DNA of 64,000 nucleotides from Phoronis australis (taxonomy: Eukaryota > Animalia > Phoronida). The notes below the pieces were generated by a model. The model ran no database searches. It was not told the DNA's origin and saw only the letters and a program-made list of their open reading frames with translations. Within the stretch, counting starts at the first letter, position 1, and each line of letters opens with the position of its first letter. The DNA lies in assembly GCA_002633005.1 (NCBI GenBank), contig NMRA01000130.1, positions 1-64,000 on the forward strand. Reading direction: 5' to 3'. The position numbers and the translations under genes are program-made. Of this stretch, positions 1 through 11,008 are shown piece after piece.

Positions 1-57
1 CACAAAACTGCAAAGCATTTTGTAGACACTAAAACCTTTACATCATTTTCATTGCAG

Positions 58-209
58 CCAACTGGGGTGAGGTGGACATGCCTCCTGATGAACTACCTGC
101 GATGGATGACTCATCTGACAGCCAGGTCCTCCTCTGTAAGACTCTTTGTGAACTTAATCTCGGCGGAAATGCGTGCCGCTGTCATAAGCCAGGCCTACCA
201 GGAAAATGA
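58..209 (+). CDS. Putative terminal coding exon of a small Cys-rich, C-terminally amidated peptide precursor (copy 1), antisense to DUOX
   Basis: Acceptor catcattttcattgcag|58 (phase 1). Reads xNWGEVDMPPDELPAMDDSSDSQVLLCKTLCELNLGGNACRCHKPGLPGK, then TGA(207-209)TAG. AATAAA at 377-382. All 4 differences from copy 2 are synonymous. Confidence 0.65.
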
Positions 210-873
210 TAGATCATAGCAAGCACTTTCTGGTTTATCAAAAGTTATGCATCGTGAACGTCCGATCGTAGCCAAAACCGGTCATAGCCAAATTATTGTG
301 AACGTGATAAAGTAGTATTTATGAGAGCAGCACGTTACATAAGATTAAATGTTCGTGTCGATTTGCAAACTTGACCAATAAACATGTCCGTAAGCGCTCT
401 TTTTAACTTATATTTCGGCTTATTATTAGTTTTATGCAAAAATAAATCATGACAATACACTGATTATGTCAAACTTACTGTGTTAATCAGATAACAGTTC
501 ATCTCATATTCACCAATGACAAGTTGGTATGACTTACTCAGACAACAATTAATCATATCCTCTAATGACGAGCTGGTTGCTCTGATAGCAGTCCATCTCA
601 TATGATTAACATGATGAGCCGTATGGCTTACTGGAATAAAAATTCACCACATATCCTCCAATGACAAGCCTGTATGACTTACATAGATAACAATTCATTA
701 CATATCCTCCAATGACAAGCCCGTGTGGCTCAGGTGACAATTCATCACATATCCTCCAATGACAAGCCCGTATGTCTCAGGTGACAATTCATCACATATC
801 CTCCAATGACAAGCCACACAAAACTGCAAAGCATTTTGTAGACACTAAAACCTTTACATCATTTTCATTGCAG

Positions 874-1025
874 CCAACTGGGGTGAGGTGGATATGCCTC
901 CTGATGAACTACCGGCGATGGATGACTCATCTGACAGCCAGGTCCTCCTGTGTAAGACACTTTGTGAACTTAATCTCGGCGGAAATGCGTGCCGCTGTCA
1001 TAAGCCAGGCCTACCAGGAAAATGA
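874..1025 (+). CDS. Putative terminal coding exon of the same Cys-rich peptide precursor (copy 2)
   Basis: Same acceptor and stop, offset by 816 bp, and an identical peptide. Changes are GAC>GAT, CCT>CCG, CTC>CTG and ACT>ACA. Confidence 0.6.
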
Positions 1026-2955
1026 TAGACCATAGCAAGCACTTTCTGGTTTATCAAAAGTCATGCATCGTGAACGTCCGATCGTAGCCAAAACCGGTCA
1101 TAGCCAAATTATTGTGAACGTGATAAAGTAGTATTTATTAGAGTAGCACGTTACATCAGATTAAATGTTCGTGTCGATTTGCAAACTTGACCAATAAACA
1201 TGTCCGTAAGCGCTCTTTTTAACTTATATTTCGGCTTATTATTAGTTTTATGCAAAAATAAATCATGACAATACACTGATTATGGCAAACTTACTGTGTT
1301 AATCAGATAACAGTTCATCTCATATTCACCAATGACAAGTTGGTATGACTTACTCAGACAACAAATCATCATGTCCTCTAATGACGAGCTGCTTGTTATG
1401 GTAGCAGTCCATCTCATATGATTAACATGACGAGCTGTATGGCTTACTGGAATAAAAATTCACCACATATCCTCCAATGACAAGCCTGTATGACTTACAT
1501 AGATAACAATTCATTACATATCCTCCAATGACAAGCCCGTGTGGCTCAGGTGACAATTCATCACATATCCTCCAATGACAAGCCCTTATGGCTCAGGTGA
1601 CAATTCATCACATATCCTCCAATGACAAGCCTGTACCCGCCACTGCCAGTTAAGACATTACACATATAATATGGGCGCTGTAAATACGACTGCTTAAAAT
1701 AGTTTTTTATTGAGACGGTTTACAGTTATAAACCTGGTCTCCACTTGATTCTTATACTGCAGATTACATGTGCTTTCTGGGCTTGGAAAGAAGTACATAC
1801 AAGTTGACTTGACCCATTTGATCAGTTCATGCGCCGAGCATAGTCTGAAGCAATATCCAGCCATTGCTTCTTCCCCAAGCTAGACGTCCATAGATCACAA
1901 CTGAGCAAAGAACAAATTGAGACGTTTGCATGAAACGGTCCCAAATATTTACTCGACCAAGTTCCCTAACTGATCTGTTGTGTATTTGTGGTCTTGTAAA
2001 AACACTGATTGTCCTTTCGTTTGAGTATCGTTACTAGGCCAATTTTCGGCTCTGATACAAGTCGAGAGTGAATTCTACGTCGAGTTCTCAGTATTATTGA
2101 AAATAAGTAGGGATATTTTCATGCAATGCCCCTAATTTAAGGACTATGTCCCCAATTTTTTTGATTGAATTAAAGTCTCAGTTTTTAGTTATATTATTAG
2201 AAAATGTCATTTGTAAAAGAGGAGCTCGTAACGAAAGTAAAATGATAGCTAAACATTACGTATGTGAGTCATGAACGAAATAAATGTTCAAAACATTTAG
2301 GGAACTAGTTGAGTCCCTATTAGGGACTGCTTCATGCAACCGGCCACAGGGGCCCATGTTATTAAAGTTGTACGCCTCAGTGGTTGTCACGTGTCTTGCG
2401 AACGGGACGTTGGGTTTTATGGAAACACAACGGCCATCTTTATGAACCTCTTTAACTGTTTATTGGTTAATTCTCAGTTAATTCTTCCCTGGAAACACTG
2501 CAAAAATACTCTACCGCGTGGTTTTGCACGCAAACACATATTTGAATACTTTTTATAATCAGTTTTAAGATCGACAACTTAAGCAACTTGGGACTAACCG
2601 TTTTAGCGGCACTTTTTGTTTACCATCCAAGGGTTTCTTACTTTGATAACCGCGGAGGATACCATGCGTACAATGTGCAAATTGTTAGTTTTAGTGCCTG
2701 CCTTCTACTGTTCAACGTACGTGACAGTTTAATTTATTCATAATTGTACAGTTTTAAATGCGGCTCTTTTTTAAATTGTGATGTGAAAATAGTTGAATTA
2801 TTCATGAAAGAAAAACTGTTAGGCCGGCGAAAGCACTCACGAAACGTTATCCTACAGCCTGGGGTCGTATGACTAAAAGATTAAACTTAAAACCGTGGAG
2901 TAAAGTAAGACAAAACTTAGTCAAACGTAATAAACTATGAAATAAGAATCCTTAC

Positions 2956-3125
2956 TTGTTTTCTTGGATTGTTCAAAGATTGTCCAGTCTTCTTGTCGTA
3001 GCGCGCCCGCTCGAACGGCATGTTATCGTCACCAAGTTTTGGGTCATTTTTAAGTGGCACATTAATGACCTCTGGCGGGCAAGTTGGCTGCGATGAGTCA
3101 CTGATCTCCATAGAAACCATCTGAC
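2956..3125 (-). CDS. DUOX: Dual oxidase coding exon 4 (peroxidase-homology domain)
   Basis: ttctgttcag| acceptor and |gtaagg donor, phase 1 to 0. (S)QMVSMEISDSSQPTCPPEVINVPLKNDPKLGDDNMPFERARYDKKTGQSLNNPRKQ matches the DUOX CPxExxN…PFxR…TGxSxxNPR motif. Confidence 0.93.
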
Positions 3126-3931
3126 CTGAACAGAAAAGCGATGAATGGAGAGGCGACGGCATACAGAGATCTGTTGATAGTAGACTGTAACCACTCAAGC
3201 ATAAGTATTTACTTAAATATTTTTGGAAACATGGGGCGCCTATCAATACAAAAGAAACGACGATACTTTCGGTGATCATGCATTTTCATATTCAACTATA
3301 AAATATGTAATATTCCGACGTTCCGTTTAAACTTCCAGTATGACCTATTTTTGTATTTATACGTCAACCTATCGATTATTAATTCACACTAAAATACAAT
3401 CCTACATAGCGACACTTCAACTTTAAAGAGAAAAGTCAGATGTGTATATATATTGCATATTCTTGAACAAGAATCCGTTTGCCTGTTTTAATAAGATGTT
3501 GTACCTTTTCGAAGTTCATTTTACACAGAGTCTAAATAGAGACTCCCGATCAGTCTAAATTGTGACTCAGGTTTTCGTGTTGACTCTGAGTAAAACTGTC
3601 GTAAAGTTAGGGCGTTTCAGTGAAACACGACCCCTATAGGCAAAACAGTTCTTGCTAGTACTAATGCTGTAGCCAAAAGTTGATATTACACAAAGGACGT
3701 CGAACATGGGCAATCAATCTTAAATGGTGAATAATTCCATGGACGCCAAATTGTTTTTTTCAGCATCACCGGCGTGACCACGGGGACGCTATGGGACCAT
3801 GGCCCCTATGTGCTTTGCAAAAATTCTGTTCAAAACTCGTTTCAGTTTTGCGTTTGTCCCTTTGCTGCATGTAAAGAGATCCCAGATTACAAACTAAGAT
3901 TTTGCAATAAAAGATTATGTAGAAAACTTAC

Positions 3932-4093
3932 TGAAAAAGGCAAACAGGGCAGTCCTATTGGAAGAATATTCAGTTGGCGATGTACAGTTAAACAGCGCGT
4001 TGCTAACATGTCGCGCGTTGGGTTTGCCGGCGAACGTAGCCTGGTATGTCCCGTCATCGTACACCGTAGGCACTTTGTTTATATAGTGCTCGC
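3932..4093 (-). CDS. DUOX: Dual oxidase coding exon 3
   Basis: tttttttctacag| and |gtaagt, phase 1 to 1. (G)EHYINKVPTVYDDGTYQATFAGKPNARHVSNALFNCTSPTEYSSNRTALFAFF matches PxxYxDGxY…PNxRxxSN…NRTxLxxFF. Confidence 0.93.
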
Positions 4094-4763
4094 CTGTAGA
4101 AAAAAAAAGAAAACAGAGTCACTATTCAAATGCTACAAGACATACACAGTCTGATTTGGATTTTGTGCCTTGTAGTTGTTATCAACTTTAGTTGTTGTTT
4201 TATAGCTCCTGGAGAACTTGCTTTACTACAACAAGAACATCGATGGATACGACAAAAATGATGGCAAAATAGTAACAAGACCAACAACTGGGACAATGAC
4301 ACCAATTAGAAAAATGTGACTAAAAGTACACCAAACACATCATAAAGAACAATAATTATTGTAACCATTTCGTTCGCGTGAACTGAGACATGAATTTCAA
4401 CCAAAAATCAGTGGTGGGTACTGAATCTGTTTAAGTGACATATTGCAGATTTTAATGCGGACGTTTAATGAATTCTTTGAAGCAAAATATCACCGTGTAA
4501 CCCTCATTAACTCTCAGACGTTTGGGACAAATCTGAAATCTCGTTACAAAATTTGCTCAATCGACAATCGTATTTGAAATTCGAAGCGAGTTGAAAAACC
4601 ACCGCCTCGAACAAGAGAATCCACTTTGTGGCACAGTGGATATTTTACATTGGAACGATGGTTTCGTGTTTGAGAGAAGTCAATTATTATCATTGTGTAA
4701 CAACAGTTAGCAACCAGCTATTGATGAAAGCAGTTCTTGGTGCTTAAATTTCTCGATTTTTAC

Positions 4764-4835
4764 CTGTCGACCCCCACTCTATATTTGCCAAGTTATTGTA
4801 CCAGCCATCGAAGCGTTGCCTTTCAAAGACAATAT
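4764..4835 (-). CDS. DUOX: Dual oxidase coding exon 2
   Basis: ctcttctttccag| and |gtaaaa, phase 1 to 1. IVFERQRFDGWYNNLANIEWGST contains the diagnostic DUOX QRFDGWYNNL motif. Confidence 0.96.
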
Positions 4836-4919
4836 CTGGAAAGAAGAGTGAAATATTACGCTCGTTATACAGCTCATTGTATTTCGAAAGTCCATTCTGT
4901 ATGTCCAGAACATAATCAA

Positions 4920-5576
4920 NNNNNNNNNNNNNNNNNNNNNNNNNNNNNNNNNNNNNNNNNNNNNNNNNNNNNNNNNNNNNNNNNNNNNNNNNNNNNNNNN
5001 NNNNNNNNNNNNNNNNNNNNNNNNNNNNNNNNNNNNNNNNNNNNNNNNNNNNNNNNNNNNNNNNNNNNNNNNNNNNNNNNNNNNNNNNNNNNNNNNNNNN
5101 NNNNNNNNNNNNNNNNNNNNNNNNNNNNNNNNNNNNNNNNNNNNNNNNNNNNNNNNNNNNNNNNNNNNNNNNNNNNNNNNNNNNNNNNNNNNNNNNNNNN
5201 NNNNNNNNNNNNNNNNNNNNNNNNNNNNNNNNNNNNNNNNNNNNNNNNNNNNNNNNNNNNNNNNNNNNNNNNNNNNNNNNNNNNNNNNNNNNNNNNNNNN
5301 NNNNNNNNNNNNNNNNNNNNNNNNNNNNNNNNNNNNNNNNNNNNNNNNNNNNNNNNNNNNNNNNNNNNNNNNNNNNNNNNNNNNNNNNNNNNNNNNNNNN
5401 NNNNNNNNNNNNNNNNNNNNNNNNNNNNNNNNNNNNNNNNNNNNNNNNNNNNNNNNNNNNNNNNNNNNNNNNNNNNNNNNNNNNNNNNNNNNNNNNNNNN
5501 NNNNNNNNNNNNNNNNNNNNNNNNNNNNNNNNNNNNNNNNNNNNNNNNNNNNNNNNNNNNNNNNNNNNNNNNNNNN
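4920..5576. other. Assembly gap (657 N) in DUOX intron 1
   Basis: Run of N. Confidence 1.
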
Positions 5577-8500
5577 TGACAAGCACACGCACGCTTACTC
5601 TCACACACACGCATACAAACTTCAAAACAAACGTCACGTGACAACAACATGTGTTCCCACAGAGATTTTTCTCGGGTTGCGTGCTACAATCTAGCGTAGA
5701 TTTGGACTTAATCTGCAGTTAATCCAGACTTCACAAGAACTTAAAAATCTTAGAGACGCTATTTGGAAAACTTGAGGAGGATTTCAGGTAATTTGTTGAG
5801 TCAAAGCTGTATTCTTATTTAAGAATTCAAGCCCTATCGACGATTGCGAGACCAGCAGCTACGCATTTGTCGGCAAGATTTCGCCCTGGAACTTCAACAA
5901 AATTTTGGAAAAATGATCGTAATTTAACAACGAATTTTGATAGCAATGTACCACAATTTTGTAGAAAGTAAATAATAATAATCGGCACGCTTTATCTTTG
6001 CGCGTAATGCAAATATTGTACATACGTTAAGTGAGTCGACCCAGAACAGGTGATTGTGCAGACGCATTATCCTCAAAATTGCTCATGTTGGCTTGGTTCT
6101 GGTCAAGCGAAAACAAGTTTTTTTTTCACTACCAACCGCCGTGGAGTATTTGTTACTGTTTCTTTGAAGGGAGATATTGTTGGGCAGTTTCTAAGATACG
6201 TTTTCTTGCAGCCCTCAAAATGAGCGCTGCACACTTTATGCTACGAAGTCGGAAAGAATTCACGAAGTCGGCCTTTGCTACCAGCTCTACCGATGTCTCT
6301 GACCCATGTTTAACGCAGTTCTTAATCCTTGGGACACAGGTAGTAACTAAATTTTTTATTTCGCTAACTGGTATTATAGCATGCCAGGCACACAACACGT
6401 ATAACCTCCCTGTGGCTGGTTCGCCCCCACGCTTGCCGACGTACTTGTTTACCGGCTTAACCACAATGCAACATTCTGACCCATTTCCAATATGGCGGCG
6501 TTGCAACTCCACTAATTCGAAGGCAGGAGTCGAACGGTAATATTGAACACTGGATTATGGACAACGCAATAAGTTTTGGATAACGAAGCGTTAAAGCTAG
6601 TTTTCTTTACATTTGATCTTTTGGCTCGTGACGTTAACAAGTTGCATTAGATTGGCTGCTTCCCAGTCAATACAACGGCGTAGTCATTTTGTAAACGCAG
6701 TTATTTTTACAGTCTTCACTCACATTTGTTTTTTGCTTGTGTTACGCTGAACTGTATCTTTTTGCGTTTTTAAAATTCCTCACGGGTCGCTTATCACGCG
6801 CCCATGATGGTGGGATATTGAATGAGTTGTTGCACCAAAGAGGTCTTACTCCGCAAATTTTATTTTCACTGTATTAACCCTTGCACTAAAGACACGAAAT
6901 ACACGGAACTCTACGCCGTAAGCCCACGGACTTGGAAGGCTCTAACTTCGAAATCATACGGTTACGATTTCCACGAACTTAGACAGTGACATCAAACACG
7001 GATTGACCATTGTTGAGGCTACTACCAATTGTAGCTTTGCGCATTCCGTTTTCATGCATCGGTGACGGTAAAATCTGCTCTTGTTACATGGATCAGTTGG
7101 TCGCTGACGTTGTTCCAAAAGCAAATATTTTGTGTCAACAACATATTGACAAATTGTATAATATAAAACAATTTTGAACGGTAAGATGCGAATACGTGGT
7201 GAAGAGGTATTTGTCTCTACGCGGCATCTGTGCGTGAATACACCAAAGTACACTTTTTGAGAAGCAAAGCGTCTGGTGATGTTTATGGCTCATGATCTGG
7301 CCTCCTTAGGTAGTAAGTGACGCTGAATTACATCTGCCAACTATGGCTCCAAAATAAAAAATATCACGCTTGTATTGCCCCCTCCCCCTTCTCCCCTAGT
7401 TCTGCACTTTCCAATGAGTCATCACGCCAGATTTGGTTCAGTTTCAGTCATAAAATCGTAGAATCATTCTTTTGTGGTCAGCTGTAACGAGACCTACAAT
7501 TTTTGGGGCGGTGCTCAATCTTAAAAAACTTCCAGTATGAGAGCGCTTTGTCAGAAATGCCAAGCACATGCAGTGTCCACAAAAGTGCTTTGAGCAGCGT
7601 GTACAAATTTGTTCATTTCTCTACACGAATATGGCCAACACGGTGTTTCGAAAATGTCCATTTTGAGGACATTTTCAAAAATTAACATATTTGGTTAATG
7701 CATTCAGTCAATGCCACGTCGTACATCAAATGTAGGTGAGAATTACCGGTTACTTACCAATTTTCATCGTCGTACCACGTCATTTCCCGCCAAACTACGG
7801 CCAGTCAATGAAAGTATATTGTGTTTTTTGAAATACCTTTAGGCAATCATTAGTTTTAGCAGAATTATTAAAGTTTGACTTGTGGCAACACTGCGTACCG
7901 TTTTAAGACACATGTTCATATTGACGTTATTCAGTATTTAATTCCAAAATCCAACTGCGCCAATGCCCCTGATTTTTGTCAAGTTTGATATATGTAACCC
8001 CTTCTTGTTGCAACAACTAACTACACATGGTTTCTAGAACGTTCTGATGTTTCAATTTACGTTTAACAATTATAACAAACGATACGTGATGTAATTACAG
8101 AAATTCACAAGTAGTAATAGAATGGCTGCAGGACGGGATTGAAGTGGAACCCTCTGGTACAACACTTCGGGGTGGCAAGTGGCACCAGTGGATTATTAAT
8201 TAAAATGCGTTTGCCTGACTTACTTGAATGAATCTGTGTAATATTTCTGATGCTAAAATGTTTAGTGCCGATCATCACGAATTGTTGTGTCGCCTCTCCT
8301 TCCCCCCTCCTCCCCTCCGGAGAGGGTTCTCACGAGACAAATTTCCCTCCATCCTCTACCTACACGTACGCCCCTCAGGATGTACACAGAAGTCCGTGCC
8401 CTGACTGTTGCATACTTCTGTATGCATTATACATTGCTCCTTGCTACTTCAAAGGCTTAGTTTTGCCCCTTATATTTACCGTCAATCTTTATGAACTTGT

Positions 8501-10085
8501 ACGTAAAATTTCGTCTTATTCACTGTCTTAATCATATTTTCTGAACTTAGAATAAGTAATGCTTGTGTAAAAATCTTGCACCTCCATTTTGGTTGATATG
8601 AATTCTGATGAGACTGATCATCGTTCACACATACCAGTCTGCTCATCGTTTACGAATCGTTTTTGTTCAGTGACAAGAATTCGTGTAAACTACTAGGGCT
8701 GATGAAAAAATTAGATCTTCTATTACACATTTCGTTAATATTAATTCTTATCAACATCTTATAACATGTCATGCCATTCTTAGAAATAGTCGACATTAAT
8801 CTATTTTAAAGAATCATTTGTAATAAAATTTATCAACCACAATTGATTGTGTACACCTGTCGTGCACGTGCAGATATAGTGCCTGTGTACACTTGTACTG
8901 CACGTGCATGCATACATTACATAGAGGGACAAAGGGACATTTCCCTCGAACTGCTCCACCGAGAGAGGGTACCGTCTGAAAGGCTAAACATCATTAAGCT
9001 TGGAAAAAGTGACAGTTCATTCCACCCTCGTGTGGTCCCAAAACGATGCAGGGAGTGACCTCCTTCAACATGGAAGAACGATTTCACAAAAAACCGGAAA
9101 TAAGAGGTAATCAATTCCAACATAGGGCACTTTCACCGTGAGCGGCCCGTAAGAATTTCTTAATAAAAACACAAAAAGATGGTCACTTGAAAGTCGTCAA
9201 TGGCCTCCTTCAAATATGAAAATATCTATATTTTCAAATATCAGGAAATGCGCTGCAATTTATGTTATCTGTCAGGTCATCAATTTTTCTCAAGTGATAT
9301 ACAGTTTCGAGAAAAAAAATAAAGCGAAAGTTGTCTCCGTTATCCCTTGCCAGAGAAGGACATATAGAAAAATATAGTTTTGCATTCGCAAAATTGACCG
9401 ATTGAATTTAAACATCCAGTAATTTAGTACGCTCTGAAAAACCTCCGCTTTACAAATTCTCTCGATTATTTCGAAATGTGTGCGTTTAGACGACCTGTGC
9501 TGCAAAAGCTAAGACCCTAACGATTGTGTCCTGGCCAGGGTCCTCAAAAGGTAAACCATGCACTGATGCAGATTTGTTAAATATTCTCTTGAATTTTCTC
9601 TCTTCTCCGTTTTTCGCAGTTTTTCTTTTTTTCTTTTCTCGACTGTCCCCGTCCCCACGCCTATGTGGGTTGCCACGGTTTAACCCAGACGCATGAAAAT
9701 TTTTGTTNCCACGCCGTCAGCAGTTCAACATAAAGTTTACTTTGGTGCAATTTCACGCAATTCGTATTTGTAGGTTGATTCGATTTTACCACCTTCCAAT
9801 AGTTGAACAAAAGTTGATAAACCGATGTCAAGACCGGAGTGGCCACTGGTGAACGAACATCGAAAATTTGAATGTTTGTTTGGCCAAAGTGCACCCGCAG
9901 AGGCGACTCAGCAGACAGCTCCTAGCAAACCATTGTTGGTCGGCTAGACGGCCGGCGTCGACCAATTTCCGACCTGTCGGACATAAATTCGTGACGTGTG
10001 CTGTATGTATCAACAAGAGGCAACGCCATGTTTGAGACATAAACGATTGGTACGTTAGTCGATATGACGTAATAAAACTTGTTAC

Positions 10086-10143
10086 CTGTGGCAAATGTTC
10101 CAATAATAAGAAAATCTATGAAAACAAAGGAAGCTGGTTTCAT
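10086..10143 (-). CDS. DUOX: Dual oxidase coding exon 1 (signal peptide); the exon starts at 10176 with 33 nt of 5'UTR
   Basis: cttttcaatttcag| acceptor at 10177. acaATG gives MKPASFVFIDFLIIGTFAT, followed by a G|gtaaca phase-1 donor compatible with exon 2. An additional small exon in the gap cannot be excluded. Confidence 0.75.
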
Positions 10144-10302
10144 TGTAGACGTTGGCAGTCACTCTAGTATGAGACTCTGAAATTGAAAAGTAACCGTTCA
10201 TGGGCGTTTAACTCTGGGGGGGGGGTATTTACAAGAAATTTCTTGTTCATACTAATTATGGGATAAAAGCATTCATCCACAGTAAAGACAGTTACTAAGT
10301 GA

Positions 10303-11008
10303 AGCAATGGATACACTTAGTCGACTTTGCTACTTCCGGCCTTGATATAAAAAGCGCCAAACTAGGGTGCTTAATCATCGCGCACTTTTGCTTAAACAAC
10401 ACGCAGTCGGTCTTAATCAACGCGTAGTTTTACTGAATGAAGGCGCTGAATTAATTATTCGTTTGGTCCAATCAAAGACAAATTTACAGTCAGTACCTAC
10501 CCCCCGCAAGATGGCGTGATTGTGCTATATGAACTGATAAAATGTACGCGTTGAATAAGGAATAGTGCGCGTTGATTAAGCAAAAAGGCGTTGGCTTTGA
10601 CTAAGCAAAAGCGCACATTGAATGGGAACGGGACGATAATCGTTTAAGAACTAGTTAAGCGCGTTGATTTACTTATTCATCGCGTTGATTAAGCAAAACT
10701 ACGCGTCGATTAACCAAAAGTGCGCGTTCAATAAGAACAGAACGATTATCGTTTAAGAACTAGTTAAGCGCGTTGATTTACTTATTCAGCGAGTTGATTA
10801 AGCAAAACTACGCGTCGATTAACCAAAAGTGCGCGTTGAATAAAAAACAGAACGTTGATCGTTTATTAAGAACTACGTCAGCGCGTTGATTAGCAAAATA
10901 CGTGTTTTTTAAGCGTATATTAACACGCAGAAAGGTACTGGTTTAAGAACCCTTTAGCGCTTCACATTTACACCAAGAAAACGTAATCAATCAAGTGCAG
11001 CCAATTTC
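10303..11008. mobile_element. Non-autonomous DNA element with degenerate terminal inverted repeats (TIRs) and many subterminal cgcgttgattaagcaaaa motifs
   Basis: The motif is inverted at 10370-10430 relative to 10565-10900. There is a 109-bp internal direct repeat (10641/10750), and the ends are loosely complementary. Confidence 0.55.

Larger units (their letters stand above)
1..1631 (+). repeat. 816-bp tandem duplication (two copies visible; may extend left of the window) with an internal ~47-bp minisatellite
   Basis: Position 1 matches 817 and 241 matches 1057. Subunit gtgacaattcatcacatatcctccaatgacaagcccgtatggctcag repeats at ~470-815 and ~1290-1631, more degenerate towards the 5' side. 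Confidence 0.95.

Noticed and set aside
136-141. GTAAGA donor that would make 58-135 an internal 78-nt exon
   Set aside because: The frame continues through the Cys motif to GK-stop, with a further synonymous change past this site. A terminal exon fits better.
470-815. CRISPR-like array
   Set aside because: Adjacent degenerate units without unique spacers in a eukaryotic intron; this is a minisatellite.
772-1035. 87-aa ORF in the ORF track
   Set aside because: It starts in the minisatellite, and the copy differences are mostly non-synonymous in this frame. The supported frame is 874-1025.
4737-5650. Long ORFs of 244-297 aa
   Set aside because: Artefacts of translating the N gap; only 4764-4835 is coding.
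5599-5650. Alternative DUOX start exon (MLLSRDVCFEVCMRVCE, phase-1 donor)
   Set aside because: It overlaps an (AC)n tract and is not signal-peptide-like; 10086-10143 is a much better candidate.
7751-7770. Strong minus-strand donor after ATG AAA ATT G
   Set aside because: It would give DUOX no signal peptide, and there is no other support.
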